From NCBI RefSeq assembly GCF_006345805.1, contig NC_043000.1:68262001-68326000 (forward strand): a stretch of 64,000 nucleotides of DNA, read 5' to 3'. The stretch's first letter is position 1, and each line of letters opens with the position of its first letter. The position numbers and the translations under genes were made by a program. This DNA comes from Octopus sinensis (Eukaryota). The notes beneath the pieces were generated by a model. It was not told where the DNA came from and ran no database searches. It saw only the letters and a list, made by a program, of their open reading frames with translations. This document shows positions 1 through 12,789 of the stretch, piece after piece.

Positions 1-1148
1 AAACTCACATCTCACTGTTCAAAGAATACTTCAAAGGTGACTGGTAACGACTTCCCTTGAAAATCGACAAAGTTTGGCATCATCGTTTCATCAAGTACCA
101 GCAGAAAAAGGGTCTAACATCCAATGACATTCATGCTGACATCGTTGCTACATTAGGAGATGCCGATCTAGCTTTATCGACAATGCAATATTAGGCAGCT
201 GAATTTAGAAAGGGATGGTAGAGTCTTGAAGATGACTCAAAGTGTGGACGTCCTGCAACTGCCACCACCAGGGATAACATTGCTTGTGTTTACCACATGG
301 TGATAACAGACGATTGACTATAAATCAAATAGCCAATGCTATTAGAATATCTCATGAGAGTGATGAAAATATTCTGCACAATGAACTTGGCATGGCGAAG
401 GTTTCTTCTCGGAGGGTGCCACGTCTTCTGACACCTGATCAAAAGAGTACCAGACTGATCACATCACAGGAAAATCCGATATTGTTTGAGGCAGATCCAA
501 CTTGTTTCCTTGAACGTTTCCAAACCCAGCATGAGTGTTGGGTTCATCACTTTGAGCTAGAGACAAAGAGACAGTTCATGCAGTTGAAACACTCCTCCTC
601 ACCTGCTCCAAAGAAAGCCAAGGTCGTTTCATCTGCAGAGACGGTGATGGCCTCAGTTTTTTGGGGGACGCAAAAAGTATTGTGTTTAATGAATATCTTC
701 AAAAGGGACACATCATCAATGCAGACTAGTATGCCAACTTGCTGAGGCAGTTGCAAGAAGATATGAAGACCAAACGACCAGGAAAACTGATGTAAAGGGT
801 CTGGTTTCATCAGGCGCAAGTCCTTGGTTACAATGGCTGCAGTGTGTGACTGAGCCTTTGAATTGGCTTGTCAGCCTCCCTATTCTCCTGATTTGATCCC
901 ATCTGGCTATCATCTTTTCCTCAACATAAGAAAATACTTGGCTGGGAGCCAGTATCGAAGTGATGATGACGTTATATTAGCTGTTGACTTTTTTGACAAC
1001 AATATGAAAGCTTCGTGACAAATAGGATTCAAACGCAGCAAGACCGAAGGAAGAAGTGTGTGGAACACAAAGGGGAACTATGTTGAAAAATAAACCTCAT
1101 TTGGTCACACTCTATGAGTTAGTCTATGAACTTTTCAGCCGACCCTCG
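1..1148 (+). mobile_element. Decayed mariner (Tc1/mariner) transposon; 5' end lies before the window
   Basis: ORF 284-745 reads as transposase (LTINQIANAIRISH..ILHNELGMAKVSSRRVPRLLTPDQK..WVHHFELETKRQ..KKAKVV). A YSPDL-type motif (tattctcctgatttgatcccatct) is at ~881-905. The right TIR ...gaacttttcagccgaccctcg ends at 1148 and is followed by TA. Frameshifts and stops make it a pseudogene. Confidence 0.9.
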
Positions 1149-1427
1149 TATTTAGTTCAAGGTTAGAAATAATTTCTTCTATAGAATTTATAAACATATT
1201 ACTTCAAGCGTTACTGTGAGAACACTTGCTCCTCTTAGATAAGTTGTCGTTGTTGATGCTGCTTAACTACATGTAAAACATTGAGTAAATCTATAATTAA
1301 ATGTATTACAGTCGTGACCATTTTGTCATTTTGTACATTAAAAACTACACTCAATAAATTTGATTTTACTCTGAATCGTCTCACCAACAAATGCTCCACT
1401 GTTATTTTCAAAGTAACCTTATTTAAC

Positions 1428-1452
1428 ACGCACGCACGCACACACACACACA

Positions 1453-1502
<50 letters not shown>
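1428..1502. repeat. (CA)n microsatellite
   Basis: Direct reading. Confidence 0.95.
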
Positions 1503-1505
<3 letters not shown>

Positions 1506-1821
1506 TGTATATGCACGTACATGCATATTCGTGCAGTATAGGGCGTTGGTCGGGTTGAATTATACACGATATGAATACGACCATGCTTATTTCTTTTATT
1601 TTGCTTTCCCAAGCTGCTGACAATTTTCATTTGGTCTGGGAATGTTCATTTACTCAGAATTATTTGTACCCAAGTGATTCAGAAAACTCTTCATGCTGCA
1701 CATTATCAAAATGTGCAAAAGAATTTAGAGAAGTAAAAAATAAACAAATATAGAAGTTAAAATAATAGTTTACTCTTAATTTTTAAAAATTTTCTACACG
1801 CATACACACACACACATTTAT

Positions 1822-2470
1822 ACATGCATGCATACATACATACATACATACATACATACATACATACATACATACATACATACATACATACATACATACA
1901 TACATACCCGTCTGGAACAAGGTATGTCTGGACTTGGGATTTTGGGGTGAGAATGCAAATTCTTAACTGATATATTACAAATGATCACAATATCCGGGAC
2001 AATGAAAATCTGAAAGACCTTCTTGAGATTTAAAGGATGATGGTTAAAAGAAAACACTTTCCTTCACAACCAAGCTACCAGGTAGAAGATGGTCGGCTAA
2101 AATTTATTCTAAATTAAAAAGAGAAAGAGAACACACACACACACACATATAGATCCATCCATCCATCCATACATCCATCCATCCATCCATCCATACATAC
2201 ATACATACATACATACATACATACATACATACATGTATGCATGCATGCATACATACATACATGCATACATACATACATACATACATACATACATACATAC
2301 ATACATACATACATACATACAAATAAAAATACCCTGTTGATGTTGTTCAAATTTCAATGAAAGAGCCTTGGATCTAGGTTAGAAACCGGCTCTTTCTCTA
2401 TTGGCAGGAAATCTTGAATTAAGACTGATGACATCCATCCATCCATCCATCCATCCATCCATCCATAGAT
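1822..2470 (+). mobile_element. Alternating (CATA)/(CCAT) arrays and two short 3' fragments of an R4/Dong-type RLE retrotransposon (~1908-2130 and ~2325-2430)
   Basis: 1995-2040 translates SGTMKI*KTFLRF, matching the GTVKICKTF.KF terminus of the other copies. 2330-2430 matches the 3' UTR (ttagaaaccggctctttctctattggcaggaaatcttg) found at 3340, 4530 and 12830. Confidence 0.65.
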
Positions 2471-2849
2471 GATGATTGCCCCATCTTCTCAAGTGATAGG
2501 CGTCTCACATTCAACCTGATTGTTCTGATCTACTTTCATCCTCGTATATGACTTTTGACCACGCATCAATCACCAGAGAATTTTATGAAATACAAGAGGG
2601 ATCAAGAAATGAAATGACAGTGAGACATCTTTATGTCATTGGACTTAAGTGACAAAAGCTTGTACAACACTTTTGTTACTCTCTCGGTCAACATCGTAGG
2701 TTCCAGTGACAAACGCAGCAAGATGACTGGTACTTTCTGACAGTAAGTTTTATGTCAGAATATCTTTCTTCTAGAAGAGCTGCCTTCTCCATGGCTCTGT
2801 CAAAAAAACAACGGCAGCCCCCTCTACCCCTGAAAAATCAATACAATCC

Positions 2850-2985
2850 ATAGATGGGACCTTGAAGGGTGCTACCGGTCCAGGTCAGAGCGAACCTAGG
2901 CGTAATGGTGATTACGCGGTGATTCCGCGCTCCCCACACATCCAGAACTCCAGAACTGGAGCTGCCCCACTGGATACGCTGAACT
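2850..2985. mobile_element. Fragment of a cephalopod SINE-like repeat
   Basis: ggtgctaccggtccaggtcagagcgaacctaggcgtaatggtga...ccagaactggagc resembles a common coleoid SINE body. Recalled from memory, not searched. Confidence 0.4.
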
Positions 2986-2989
2986 ATTG

Positions 2990-3400
2990 AGAATTCTGCA
3001 GTTACTCTATCCAGATTACAAGTTCAGGTTCATACCTGTAATTATTGGGGCCTGCTATATGTAACATACTGCCTAAATACCAATCTTGAGAAATTTGGCT
3101 TCTCAAAACCAGAAAGGAGAAAGCTAATTCGAAGACTACAGAGCCAATCCGTCACTGGAACTGTAAAAATCTGTAAAACTTTCCAGAAGTTTATCATTTA
3201 AATATATATGAGCATGTCTAGATATTCACGAGAATACATACATAAAGCAAAACATACAAATCTGCACATATACATACATACGTACATATATACATACAAA
3301 CAAAAATAGCCTGTTGAACCTTGAATCTAGGTTAGAAACCGGCTCTTTCTCTACTGGCAAGAAATCTTGCAATAAAACTGAACAATAACATACATACATA
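2990..3400 (+). mobile_element. R4/Dong-type RLE retrotransposon, 3' fragment
   Basis: Translates LQLLYPDYKFRFIPVIIGA..NLEKFGFSKPERRKLIRRLQ..VTGTVKICKTFQKF, followed by the 3' UTR and a CATA tail. Confidence 0.8.
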
Positions 3401-3484
3401 CATATGTAAATGTGTGTGCGCGTGTGTATCTCTCAAGCGATATGTGTATGCATGTATATATGTAAGAGTGTATGTATCTCCCCA

Positions 3485-3487
3485 CCT

Positions 3488-3561
<74 letters not shown>

Positions 3562-3582
3562 ATATCTATCTATCTATCTATA

Positions 3583-3637
<55 letters not shown>

Positions 3638-3770
3638 GAAGCTTGTTAGCTAGCTATCTGTATTTCTATGTGTGTGAGTGTTTGTATGCCTACCTACCTA
3701 CCTACCTACCTACCTACCTACCTACCTACCTAGATACATACATACATACATACATACATACATACATACA
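3485..3770. repeat. Compound (TC)/(TATC)/(CCTA)/(CATA) microsatellite
   Basis: Direct reading. Confidence 0.95.
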
Positions 3771-3784
3771 CGCAACTGGATCAC

Positions 3785-4590
3785 TAACTCACTTTGATGA
3801 ATATGCCTTTGCAATCCAAAAAGTGGAAATAACAACCAAATTCCAGATGCACAAAAGAGACAGAGACGCAGGAAATACCCAAAATGAGACATGCTGTTGT
3901 AGCCAAGACACTGTACAATGAGATCCGTTGGAAGGATAACCTTGAGGCTAAAGAGAAAGAAACCACGATGTGGTAGAGGCTATAGCGACTCATAACATGA
4001 AAGAGTACGCGTAGAATGTAGCAGTGAAGAACCTCAATAAAATGCAAACATAACAGACCAGACTTAGTGATTTAGGGCAGAAAAAAGAAACTATGTACAG
4101 TAGTGAAAATCAGTTGCCCAACGGATGTCAACATCAACTTAAAGATTTCAGAAAAAGAAAACACCTACGCTGAATTATTGAAAAATTTACAGCTACTCTA
4201 TCCGGATTATAAGTTTAGATTTATATCTGCAATTATTGAGGTACTAGGATATGTAACAAACTGCTTAGATACTAATCTTGAGAAATTAGTTGTCTCAAAA
4301 CCAGAAAGGAATAAGCCAGATAGAAGATTACAGATGCAAGCCATCAATGGAACTGTCAAAATTTGTGAAACTTTCCGAAAGTTTAGCTTTTAAGTAAATA
4401 GCGCATGAGAATACATACATAAAACAAAATATTCAAATCTGCACATGTACTGCACACATACATGTATATTGCACATATACACACACAGTTGCATAAACAC
4501 CTTATTGATGTTGTTTAAAATTCCAATTGGTTAGAAACCCGCTCTTTCTCTGTTGGCAATAAATCTAGAAATAAGACTGAATAGTAACAT
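3785..4590 (+). mobile_element. R4/Dong-type RLE retrotransposon, 5'-truncated
   Basis: Shows RHAVVAKTLYNEIR, a PD-type nuclease segment (KHNRPDLVI..KKLCTVVKISCPTDVNINLKISEKENTY) and the terminus GTVKICETFRKF (ORF 4103-4393). CATA arrays lie on both sides. Confidence 0.85.
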
Positions 4591-4665
4591 ACGTACATAC
4601 ATACATGCATACATACATACATACATACATACATACATACATACATACATACATACATACATACA

Positions 4666-4694
<29 letters not shown>

Positions 4695-4696
<2 letters not shown>

Positions 4697-5085
4697 CTGC
4701 CCAGCAGATATAAATATCTCTTTGAAAATCAAAGAAAAAGAGGATATCTATGGACAACTGCTTCGAATTCAGCTTCTATATCCAGACTATGAATTCATAT
4801 CCATACTAATAATAATTGGAGCACTTGGTTTTGTTAGTAAATGTTTAAAGTAGAATCGGGATAAATTGGGATGATTTTCATAAAGAGAAATCAACCGGCT
4901 AATTCGTACATTACAAGTGCAATCTGTGAGTTGAAAAATATGCAAGACTTTTCTCAAGTTCCAGAGGTGAATTTGTGTTAACTACATCCCAAAAATGGAG
5001 TCTTGTATCTTTGTTGGAAACTGGCTCCCTCCTCAGAGGAAGATTTATAATAATTAAAAAATAGAAGAGACATACATACATACAT
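4695..5085 (+). mobile_element. R4/Dong-type RLE retrotransposon, 3' fragment (second subfamily)
   Basis: Reads ICPADINISLKIKEKEDIYGQLLRIQLLYPDYEFISILIIIGALGFVSKCL. Its 3' UTR (ggagtcttgtatctttgttggaaactggctccc...gaagagacatacata) matches the copy at 18925-19020. CATA arrays flank it. Confidence 0.8.
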
Positions 5086-5634
5086 GACTGTCTACTCGTT
5101 CGACAAGTGTCAGCGATGCCTGTGCAAAGGTTTTCATTCGAGTGCATTTGTACCCATTATCATAGGCGCATTAGATTATGTACAAACAAATTTACACAAA
5201 ACCCACACATACACACACATACACATACATACACACGCACATATATATATGTGTGTATGTCTATGTGTACGTCTGTGTATGTATGAGTGTGTATATGTGT
5301 ATGTGTGTGTGCATGTGTGTATGCGTGTGTGTGTTTGCACGCGCGCGCGCATGTCAGCCTTGCTCTAATATCATTCCAAAACAAATTAAGGAACTATCCC
5401 TTAATCTTCGAAGAGTGTCTCGAAAAATTCCTCAAAATAATACGACAAAGCTGCGAAACCCGGGTATATTTCGAGTTGCAATATTCCGCTTCGTGAATTG
5501 GTTCTGGACTCACAAAATACAACAAAAGCTACTTCACCAGGTCATGATGGGCTTACAATTATTACTACATTATTTCATTGTGGATGTAATATTTATTACT
5601 ACATTATTGTTGTTACTATATTATTTAATTCTGT

Positions 5635-5800
5635 TCTGATCTTTCGACTGCGGTCATACTGAGGCATCGTGTTGAAGTGTTTAGTCGATCAGATCTACTC
5701 GAGTATTTATTTGAAAACCGGAACGTGTTCTACCGTTCTCTTTTTAGCCGTAAACAAACTCCAGTTTGTAAACAAAAATCAACATCGGCTGTTGATTGGT
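5635..5800 (-). mobile_element. Diverged 3' half of the abundant tRNA/CORE-type SINE (family C)
   Basis: Similar to the 3' halves of the copies at 8635-8968 and 17795-18261. Confidence 0.5.
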
Positions 5801-5873
5801 GACAGACGAATATAAATATACGCACACATTCACTTGCCATAGCATATTTAACACTGTGTTTGTGTGTTTGTGC

Positions 5874-5949
<76 letters not shown>

Positions 5950-6009
5950 TTGTGTAAACAAAAGTAAGCATATTTAAAACAAGCGCACACAATTCACTAA
6001 TACGTTGAT

Positions 6010-7270
6010 ATATATTTGCAGCTCTTTATGAGATACTATTTCCTCCAAAGTTTTCTCCCTTAGACCCTTTCCTCGTAAGTTGCTCGTTTGACAGCATCAG
6101 CTAAACCACTTGTATTTATTGAACGACAAAGCCTGATTACATTTTCTCAATCCTTGCTTTTATCAAATTAATAGCTTGTTCCTGAGAGGCTATAATCTGT
6201 GTTTAGGTTTCTCATTTCAGGTTTCCATTCGTCAGTCACAAGCAGCTTTCTTTACTTCCAACACCCTCGATTTGTTGCATAAATTGACCACGTAATTCCT
6301 TCTCTTTCCAGCTACTTGCTCTGTTCTTAAATTCTTCTACTGTTTCTGTATGTTTGGGACATTTCTAGTTGCCAAAAGTATTCTTCCTTCTACGTGCAAC
6401 ATAGTTCTTCAAGCCCAGTGACGCAGTACTAACAATGTTTTATGCGTTTAGCAATCCTCTACCTTCTCCATTTCTTGGTAGGTAGAGTCTGTCGAGAGTA
6501 ATTTTTGAGTGATGCGTGTTGTACATTGTGAACAGCTTCCTAATTCTTCTGTAGCTCTGTCTTTATCCATTTTAGAAAAGGAACAGAATATCTTAATATT
6601 GGCATGATAATATTCCCGGCATTTAATTTTATTTCGCATTCTTTCCTAGTTCTTCTCTTGTAATCTTTGGAGATTTTCATTCTCCTTCCATTATCCTATC
6701 GTCTTTCAGTAGCCTTGGAAACTTGCATCACTTGTTATTTTTCAGCAATCTAATGATATTGCTTTGGAATAATTTTATGCCATCTTCCAGATTCTTTTCA
6801 TAATTAGCGTTGCGCACTTATTTATCCAAACTTCATCCTAGTATCCTCGCTTTTGTATAAAAGAAGCCAGACTTCTTTTTAAATTCTTGTATACAGTTTG
6901 GGGGTCATCCATATTAAAGCAGGTGAGTTATCTTGGTTTTGCCAAACTCGTAGGCATGCCTGGATTTCCTTAGTGTACTTGCTAGAAGGATTAATGCAAT
7001 GACGAAAAGCAATGGTAAGAGGAAGTCTCCCAGGAATATACCCCTGCATATTTGCACATATCCTAACTACTCATTTGCGCATGTTAATTCTATTCCCTAT
7101 GCTCTCAATGCTTTTTCCAATTCGAGCGTCCTCAGGTACTCCATGAGCCAGAAGCGGGAAACAATGTCGTAAGTCTTCTTGTAGTCTATCGAACTAACAA
7201 CTAAATTCTTCCTTCTTATTCATACCACGTTTAATATCATACTATCAGAAGCAATTGTTATTAACCTTTC
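6010..7270 (-). mobile_element. Decayed R4/Dong-type reverse transcriptase region
   Basis: Minus strand gives RKNLVVSSIDYKKTYDIV..WLMEYL, RGIFLGDFLLPLLFVIALI, ITHLL*YMDDPKLY and IIASQEQAI, with many stops. Confidence 0.75.
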
Positions 7271-7274
7271 CAGC

Positions 7275-7525
7275 TGGATTTCCAATCATGACCAATTGAG
7301 ACTATGGACATTCTCCAACCACCTCGTTCTTAGTCTCCTGCTGATTGGCTTAGTTTCAAAAATCTTTCTTACTATTCTTTCCTACGACATTCTAACCACA
7401 TGTCCGTAATGCTGGAGCTGTAACCTCTCAATGCGGGGAAGTAGTGGCACAACCTGCAGAGACTCCTTGATCTCCGAGCTGTGCACCTTGTCGAATAACG
7501 TGACTCTAGAGACCCTTCGAAGGAA
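7275..7525 (-). mobile_element. RTE-clade LINE, C-terminal ORF fragment
   Basis: Minus strand reads VTLFDKVHSSEIKESLQVVPLLPRIERLQLQHYGHVVRMS*ERIVRKIFETKP..RTRWLENV. Confidence 0.75.
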
Positions 7526-8067
7526 CCCTATTTAAAAAGACAAATATTTGACTTGCAAAACATAAGTTCTTGAAATCAGAACATATACATATTGTTAGGG
7601 AAATATGCTTATATACTGTTGGATGTTATCCCTAACACTAACTATCTGCTATAATAATACTCTTATGTATTTCTCCGTCACAACATATGAATGAGAAAGG
7701 AAGAGGTGATAGATAAATAAGGAAGGAAGGGGTGATGGCAGACTTGGTAGTGGGATGAGGGAAGTTTTAAGATGGGAAAACAAATCAAATATTGTTTCAG
7801 TTCTGCAGGAGTATATATTTATATGTGTGTGCGTGTACAAGAGAAGTATGTGAATGTCTGTGATTGTTTTGTACCTTATCTATATATAAAATACTACAAT
7901 TAGTCATCATTTTTGACGACATGGGACCAGCTAACTTATAATATAGAGTAAGCGTGACATAATGTGTAAACCAAGCACGTGTAAATCTCGGGACACAAGA
8001 TAACTGGCGTAGCGGTATTTGAACGTATCACGGTGTGATTAATAGGCATGTGGAATTTATAAATAAA

Positions 8068-8099
8068 CTAGCTGGCCTCGTGCCGTCAAGAATGACGGC
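8068..8099 (-). mobile_element. Helitron-type 3' terminus (hairpin plus CTAG)
   Basis: a|ctag at 8068-8071 lies next to the perfect hairpin gccgtca-agaa-tgacggc (8082-8099). Confidence 0.6.
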
Positions 8100-8350
8100 T
8101 TGTTGTAGTATTTTACATATAAATATGGATGGTAAATCAAATTAATACACTGTCAATGTTATCCAGTCGGTTGTCTTTTAAGATGTGACACTGATCATCT
8201 TTTGTTACTGAAAGAACGCTGGTTCACACATATAAACATTCACATACTTCCCTTGTACACGCACAGATATACAAACATATACTCACACAGAGTTGAAACG
8301 CTGTTTTTCTTTTCTTTTCAGCGTTGAACGTTCACCATCCCATTTCCATT

Positions 8351-8401
<51 letters not shown>

Positions 8402-8634
8402 ACACACACACACACACACACATTCACGTACTTCCTTCTTACACACACATATACTCACACAGAATTGAAACGCTGTTTGATTTTTTTTTCTATCATCCCA
8501 CTACCAGGTTTGCCATCACCCCTTCCTTCCTTATTCATTTATCACCCCTTCCTTTCTCATTCATGTGCTGTGACGGAGAAAAACACAGGAGTATTATTAT
8601 AGTAGATAATTCAGTATTACTTTATCTTTTGTCT

Positions 8635-8968
8635 TTTATTTGTTCCAGTCATCAGACTGTGGCCATGCTGGGGCACCGCCTTGAAGAATTTTTTAGATGA
8701 ACGAACGAACCCCTGTACTTATTTGTTTTTAAGCCTGCTGTTTATACTATCGGTGAGTTTTGGAGAACTACTAAGTTATGGGGACGTAAGCATACTGACA
8801 CCGGTTGTCAAGTGGTGGTGGGACTCTCTCCTACCCACACACGTTTCTGTCAACCAAATCCACACTCAGGCTCTTGAAGCTGTAGAAGATATTTGCCCAA
8901 TGTGCTACTCAGTGTGACTGAACCCGGAACCAAGTGGTTGGGAAGCAAGCTTCTTACTACACAGCCAC
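8635..8968 (-). mobile_element. tRNA/CORE-type SINE (family C)
   Basis: Minus strand starts gtggctgtgtagtaagaagcttgcttcccaaccacttggttccgggttcagtc (A and B boxes). It aligns with 38374-38776. Confidence 0.85.
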
Positions 8969-9050
8969 TTAAAAATTGTTTCTCTTGCAGATGACATTTC
9001 TGGGTTATTAATTCTGTTCATATATATATATATATACATACATACGTACA

Positions 9051-9267
9051 CGAGCGGGTGTTGAAAAATTCCTGACTTTAAGAGTATTGCGAAAAGCCTG
9101 TTTGGAAGGCTCAACCTTCCGAGCTCTTTTACAGGCTTAGAAAATCTGAAGGACCGCTGCAATCAGTGCGTGAAACTGAGGCAGGAATATGTTGAATAAA
9201 ATCAGAATTAACTGATCCTCCTGTATTTTCTTTTACCCAAAGCCAGAAACTTTTCAGCGTCCTCTCG
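9051..9267 (+). mobile_element. Mariner-derived MITE (~217 bp)
   Basis: Terminal inverted repeats cgagcgggtgttgaaaaattcctgacttta / aagccagaaacttttcagcgtcctctcg. The interior keeps the transposase end (gcaggaatatgttgaataa). Paralogue at 31621-31837. Confidence 0.8.
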
Positions 9268-9382
9268 TGTTCACCCTCACCCACACCCACATACTTTACT
9301 TGGAGTTTAATAAAAGCATATTATTCTACCTTCGATATTCGAGAACTATTTTTTTCCATCATGTTTTGCATGTATCTGCTTA

Positions 9383-9418
<36 letters not shown>

Positions 9419-9664
9419 GTGTGTGTGTGTGTACATATATACCATTAGTTAAACATAGATTATCTAACCTACATCAAAGGCATTACACAGCATGACTAAT
9501 GGTTTGTTGATGTTATAAGCTACACCGAAATTAAAATTATATAGTTATTGTCTCTATCAACTTTATCTGATATTTTATATGCACATATCCTGCATACATA
9601 TGAATATGTATGCATGCATGCGCGCGCGCGCGCGCGTGTGTGTGTCTACAAACGAATATGGATG

Positions 9665-9800
9665 TGTCGTCATGAAACTCGTTTTGTGTCCACGTGACTT
9701 TCGGTTCAGTTCCACTGCGCGGCACCATAGACAAGTGTCTTCGACTATATCCCCGGGCCGACTAGTACTTTGTGAGAGGATTTGATAGACTGCATGAAAG
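9665..9800 (+). mobile_element. SINE family C, 5' part
   Basis: ggttcagttccactgcgcggcaccatagacaagtgtcttcgactata... Confidence 0.7.
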
Positions 9801-9815
9801 ACCTTCATGTGTGTG

Positions 9816-9858
<43 letters not shown>

Positions 9859-10649
9859 GTGTATGTGTGTGTGTGTGTGTGCGCCCGCGCACACACACAC
9901 GCGCGTGTTTGTATGTATGAATTATGTTATACGTCTCTATATATATTTCAATATATCTCTCATCCTCTCGTTCTCGCATTTCTCCCTTTGTCCTACCTCC
10001 TCTATCTCCTTTTTCTCACCCTCTCTCGCTCCCCATTGGTCCTCTAATTTCATTTTCCCTCTCTCATATTTCTTAATCCCTTTTAGCCCTCTCTTAATCT
10101 CTTTTGTATTCCTTCCTCACCTCCCTTGTACCTTGTTTCTCTCTCTCTGTCTCTCCCTCCCTCCCTCACATTCTGTGATCCCTCCTTCTCATTATTTGGT
10201 CCCTCTGATTTCTTTCCCCTCTCTCCTATTCCTTGGTCCCTCTGCGTTCTTCAACTACCACGTAATCGTTGTCCGGTTTATGAATTGTCGTTCTTCTTAT
10301 ATGTTTGCATACATAAATATATATACACACACAAGTGCGTGCACAAAGATATATATATATATATATACATACCTACCTAAACCTACATATATGTGTGCGT
10401 ATACATAAATATACATATACACACAAGTGCGTGTACAAAGATACATATATACACACATATCCACATATAGTAATACAAAAGTAGCAACAGTAGTAATATA
10501 TACTCACACATACATACGTGTATATAATTATAGCTCACTTTTATATATACCCTCTTTTATATATATACATGCATAATTATCACATATTATATAATACAAT
10601 TCAGTATAACAACAATAATAACTCGAACAATAATAATAATAATTATTAT

Positions 10650-11000
10650 GTCAGTAGAGGTATTTTAATACTAGTGGTATTTGGAAAAGGTATGCTCAAT
10701 TTTATGAAGTCAGGACCTGTTGCGTTCCTTAATGTTGCGTTCTTTGCGTTCCTGTTAATAAGCGGGATTTTAGTCCCGATTATAAAGAAAATTTCGTTAA
10801 TATATAACATACATTTTCTATTTTTAGTATTATATGCAGGTGCTGTTGTTAATAACCTTATGAATTTTCTAAACTCTCTGACGAAGCCCAGAGGCACACC
10901 CAGGTACCTTAATCTTATCTACCAAATACACCAGTTCACTGAAGGGATGGAAGTAAAGTGGAGTACTATGGCCTCTTGGTTGAAACAGCTGTAAGATACT
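10650..11000 (-). mobile_element. PLE 3' ORF remnant with decayed opposite-strand hammerhead motifs
   Basis: Minus ORF segment APAYNTKNRKCMLYINEIFFII..KIPLINRN resembles the C-terminal end of the GIY-YIG domain in the 43.6-kb element. The plus strand has ctgacga-agcc-caga-ggc..ccag-gta (10878-10906) and gaaacagctgta (10983-10994). Confidence 0.5.
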
Positions 11001-11199
11001 ATTCTACTTTCTATGCTCTACGTTATAAATTTTAATAATTACTGGTATTTTTATATTTTATATATTATATATGTAAAGCATAATATGTTATAAATGTAAG
11101 TATATTGTTATAATTGTTTTTTTATAAATAAATAAATAGACATAATATATTGTCTAAAAGTTGATGAATACCACCTCTTGATCCCCTCCATTTTCTTAT

Positions 11200-11689
<490 letters not shown>

Positions 11690-11690
<1 letters not shown>

Positions 11691-12190
11691 TAAAAGGGCA
11701 GGCAACAGGTTGCTCAGCCGCATAACGAAAGAATTAGAAATGGCAGTCAGAGACTGATTATTTCCATTTTCTACAAGTGGGGGCTCCATATACGACATAA
11801 CCCTGCGATTCACATAAGCAAAAACGGAGTAGTAAATAAACGAAAACAATCCCTCACCGTTAATGGTGAACATGTTTCTAGATCGTAGGCGAGAAATTGC
11901 CTAAAGTCTTTCTTCAGCACCATCTTCGTTAGATCGATCAAATGCCACCAGCCTCCACCTTTGACCAGGCGTAATCAAATAATGGGGCGAAAGTGAGCAT
12001 AGGTTAAAACTAAGTAGACGATTGAGACCGTAAATTTTCCCTCCAAAATTCTGCCATGCGCACCACCGGTATGTGAATCGCAGGGTTATATACTATATAT
12101 ACTGAACTCTACAGAAGTTCCCGACGCTAAAAGTCATATTTACATACCGAAATCTACCGGTAAATAATTGTTGGTTGTCTGAAAAACCAT
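11690..12190 (-). mobile_element. PLE 3' fragment (ORF end plus pseudo-LTR) embedded in (TA)n
   Basis: 12126-12028 translates RRELL*SSVYIVYNPAIHIPVVRMAEFWRENL, like a Penelope endonuclease C-terminus. A hammerhead follows downstream. There is a perfect 20-bp inverted repeat at 11797-11816 / 12070-12089. Confidence 0.6.
11862..11924 (-). ncRNA. Minimal type I hammerhead ribozyme
   Basis: GAUGGUG CUGAAGA AAGAC-UU-UAGGC-AAUUUCUC-GCCUA-CGA-UCUA GAAAC-AU-GUU CACCAUU. Stem I is 7 bp, the core is intact, helix III is the palindrome ACAUGU, and the cleavage triplet is GUU. Confidence 0.75.
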
Positions 12191-12543
12191 GTATATATAT
12201 ATATGTATATGTATATGAATGTATACACCTTCACCCCCACACTCACACATTTTAGGTAAATATAGCTTATTTCTTTAAAAATAAGTTTATGAACCCTATC
12301 ATTACAAAACTCATATAATTTAATTAAAGGAAATCCACAACTTAATTATAATATAAAAACTGCTGAAATTTCACCCAAGTAATAGCTAATATTTTAACGA
12401 TTTTCTAATTAACAACATTTAAAATTTTAGTCAAGCTATCAATGTTTCGATACACCTTTAAAAACACATATATAGCATTTCCTAATACTGTCCGTTTCAT
12501 TTTGAAAGTTAAGTATTCTGTGTTCAGAAATATTCTAAAAAAT

Positions 12544-12655
12544 GGTTTCAGATTTTGGCACAAGTCCAGCAATTATTACACGAGGGATATCAATTTCATG
12601 CCTGTACTTGACTGATACTTTATTTTATCGATCTCGAAAAGATGAGGGGCAAATT
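12544..12655 (-). mobile_element. SINE family A, 3' half
   Basis: ggtttcagattttggcacaagtccagcaat...tttattttatcgatctcgaaaagatgagggg matches the family A copies at 14745 and 61100. Confidence 0.6.
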
Positions 12656-12722
12656 TCTTGGTCTCTTTCCTCTACAGCAGATGCTTTTTCAGTGTCACAA
12701 TGCGTGCTTCATATGTATGTAC

Positions 12723-12753
<31 letters not shown>

Positions 12754-12789
12754 TGTATGTATGTATGTATGTATGCGAGTGTGTGCGTA

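Noticed and set aside
284-745. SETMAR-like host gene
   Set aside because: There is no SET domain, the frame is broken and a TIR is present. It is an ordinary mariner relic.
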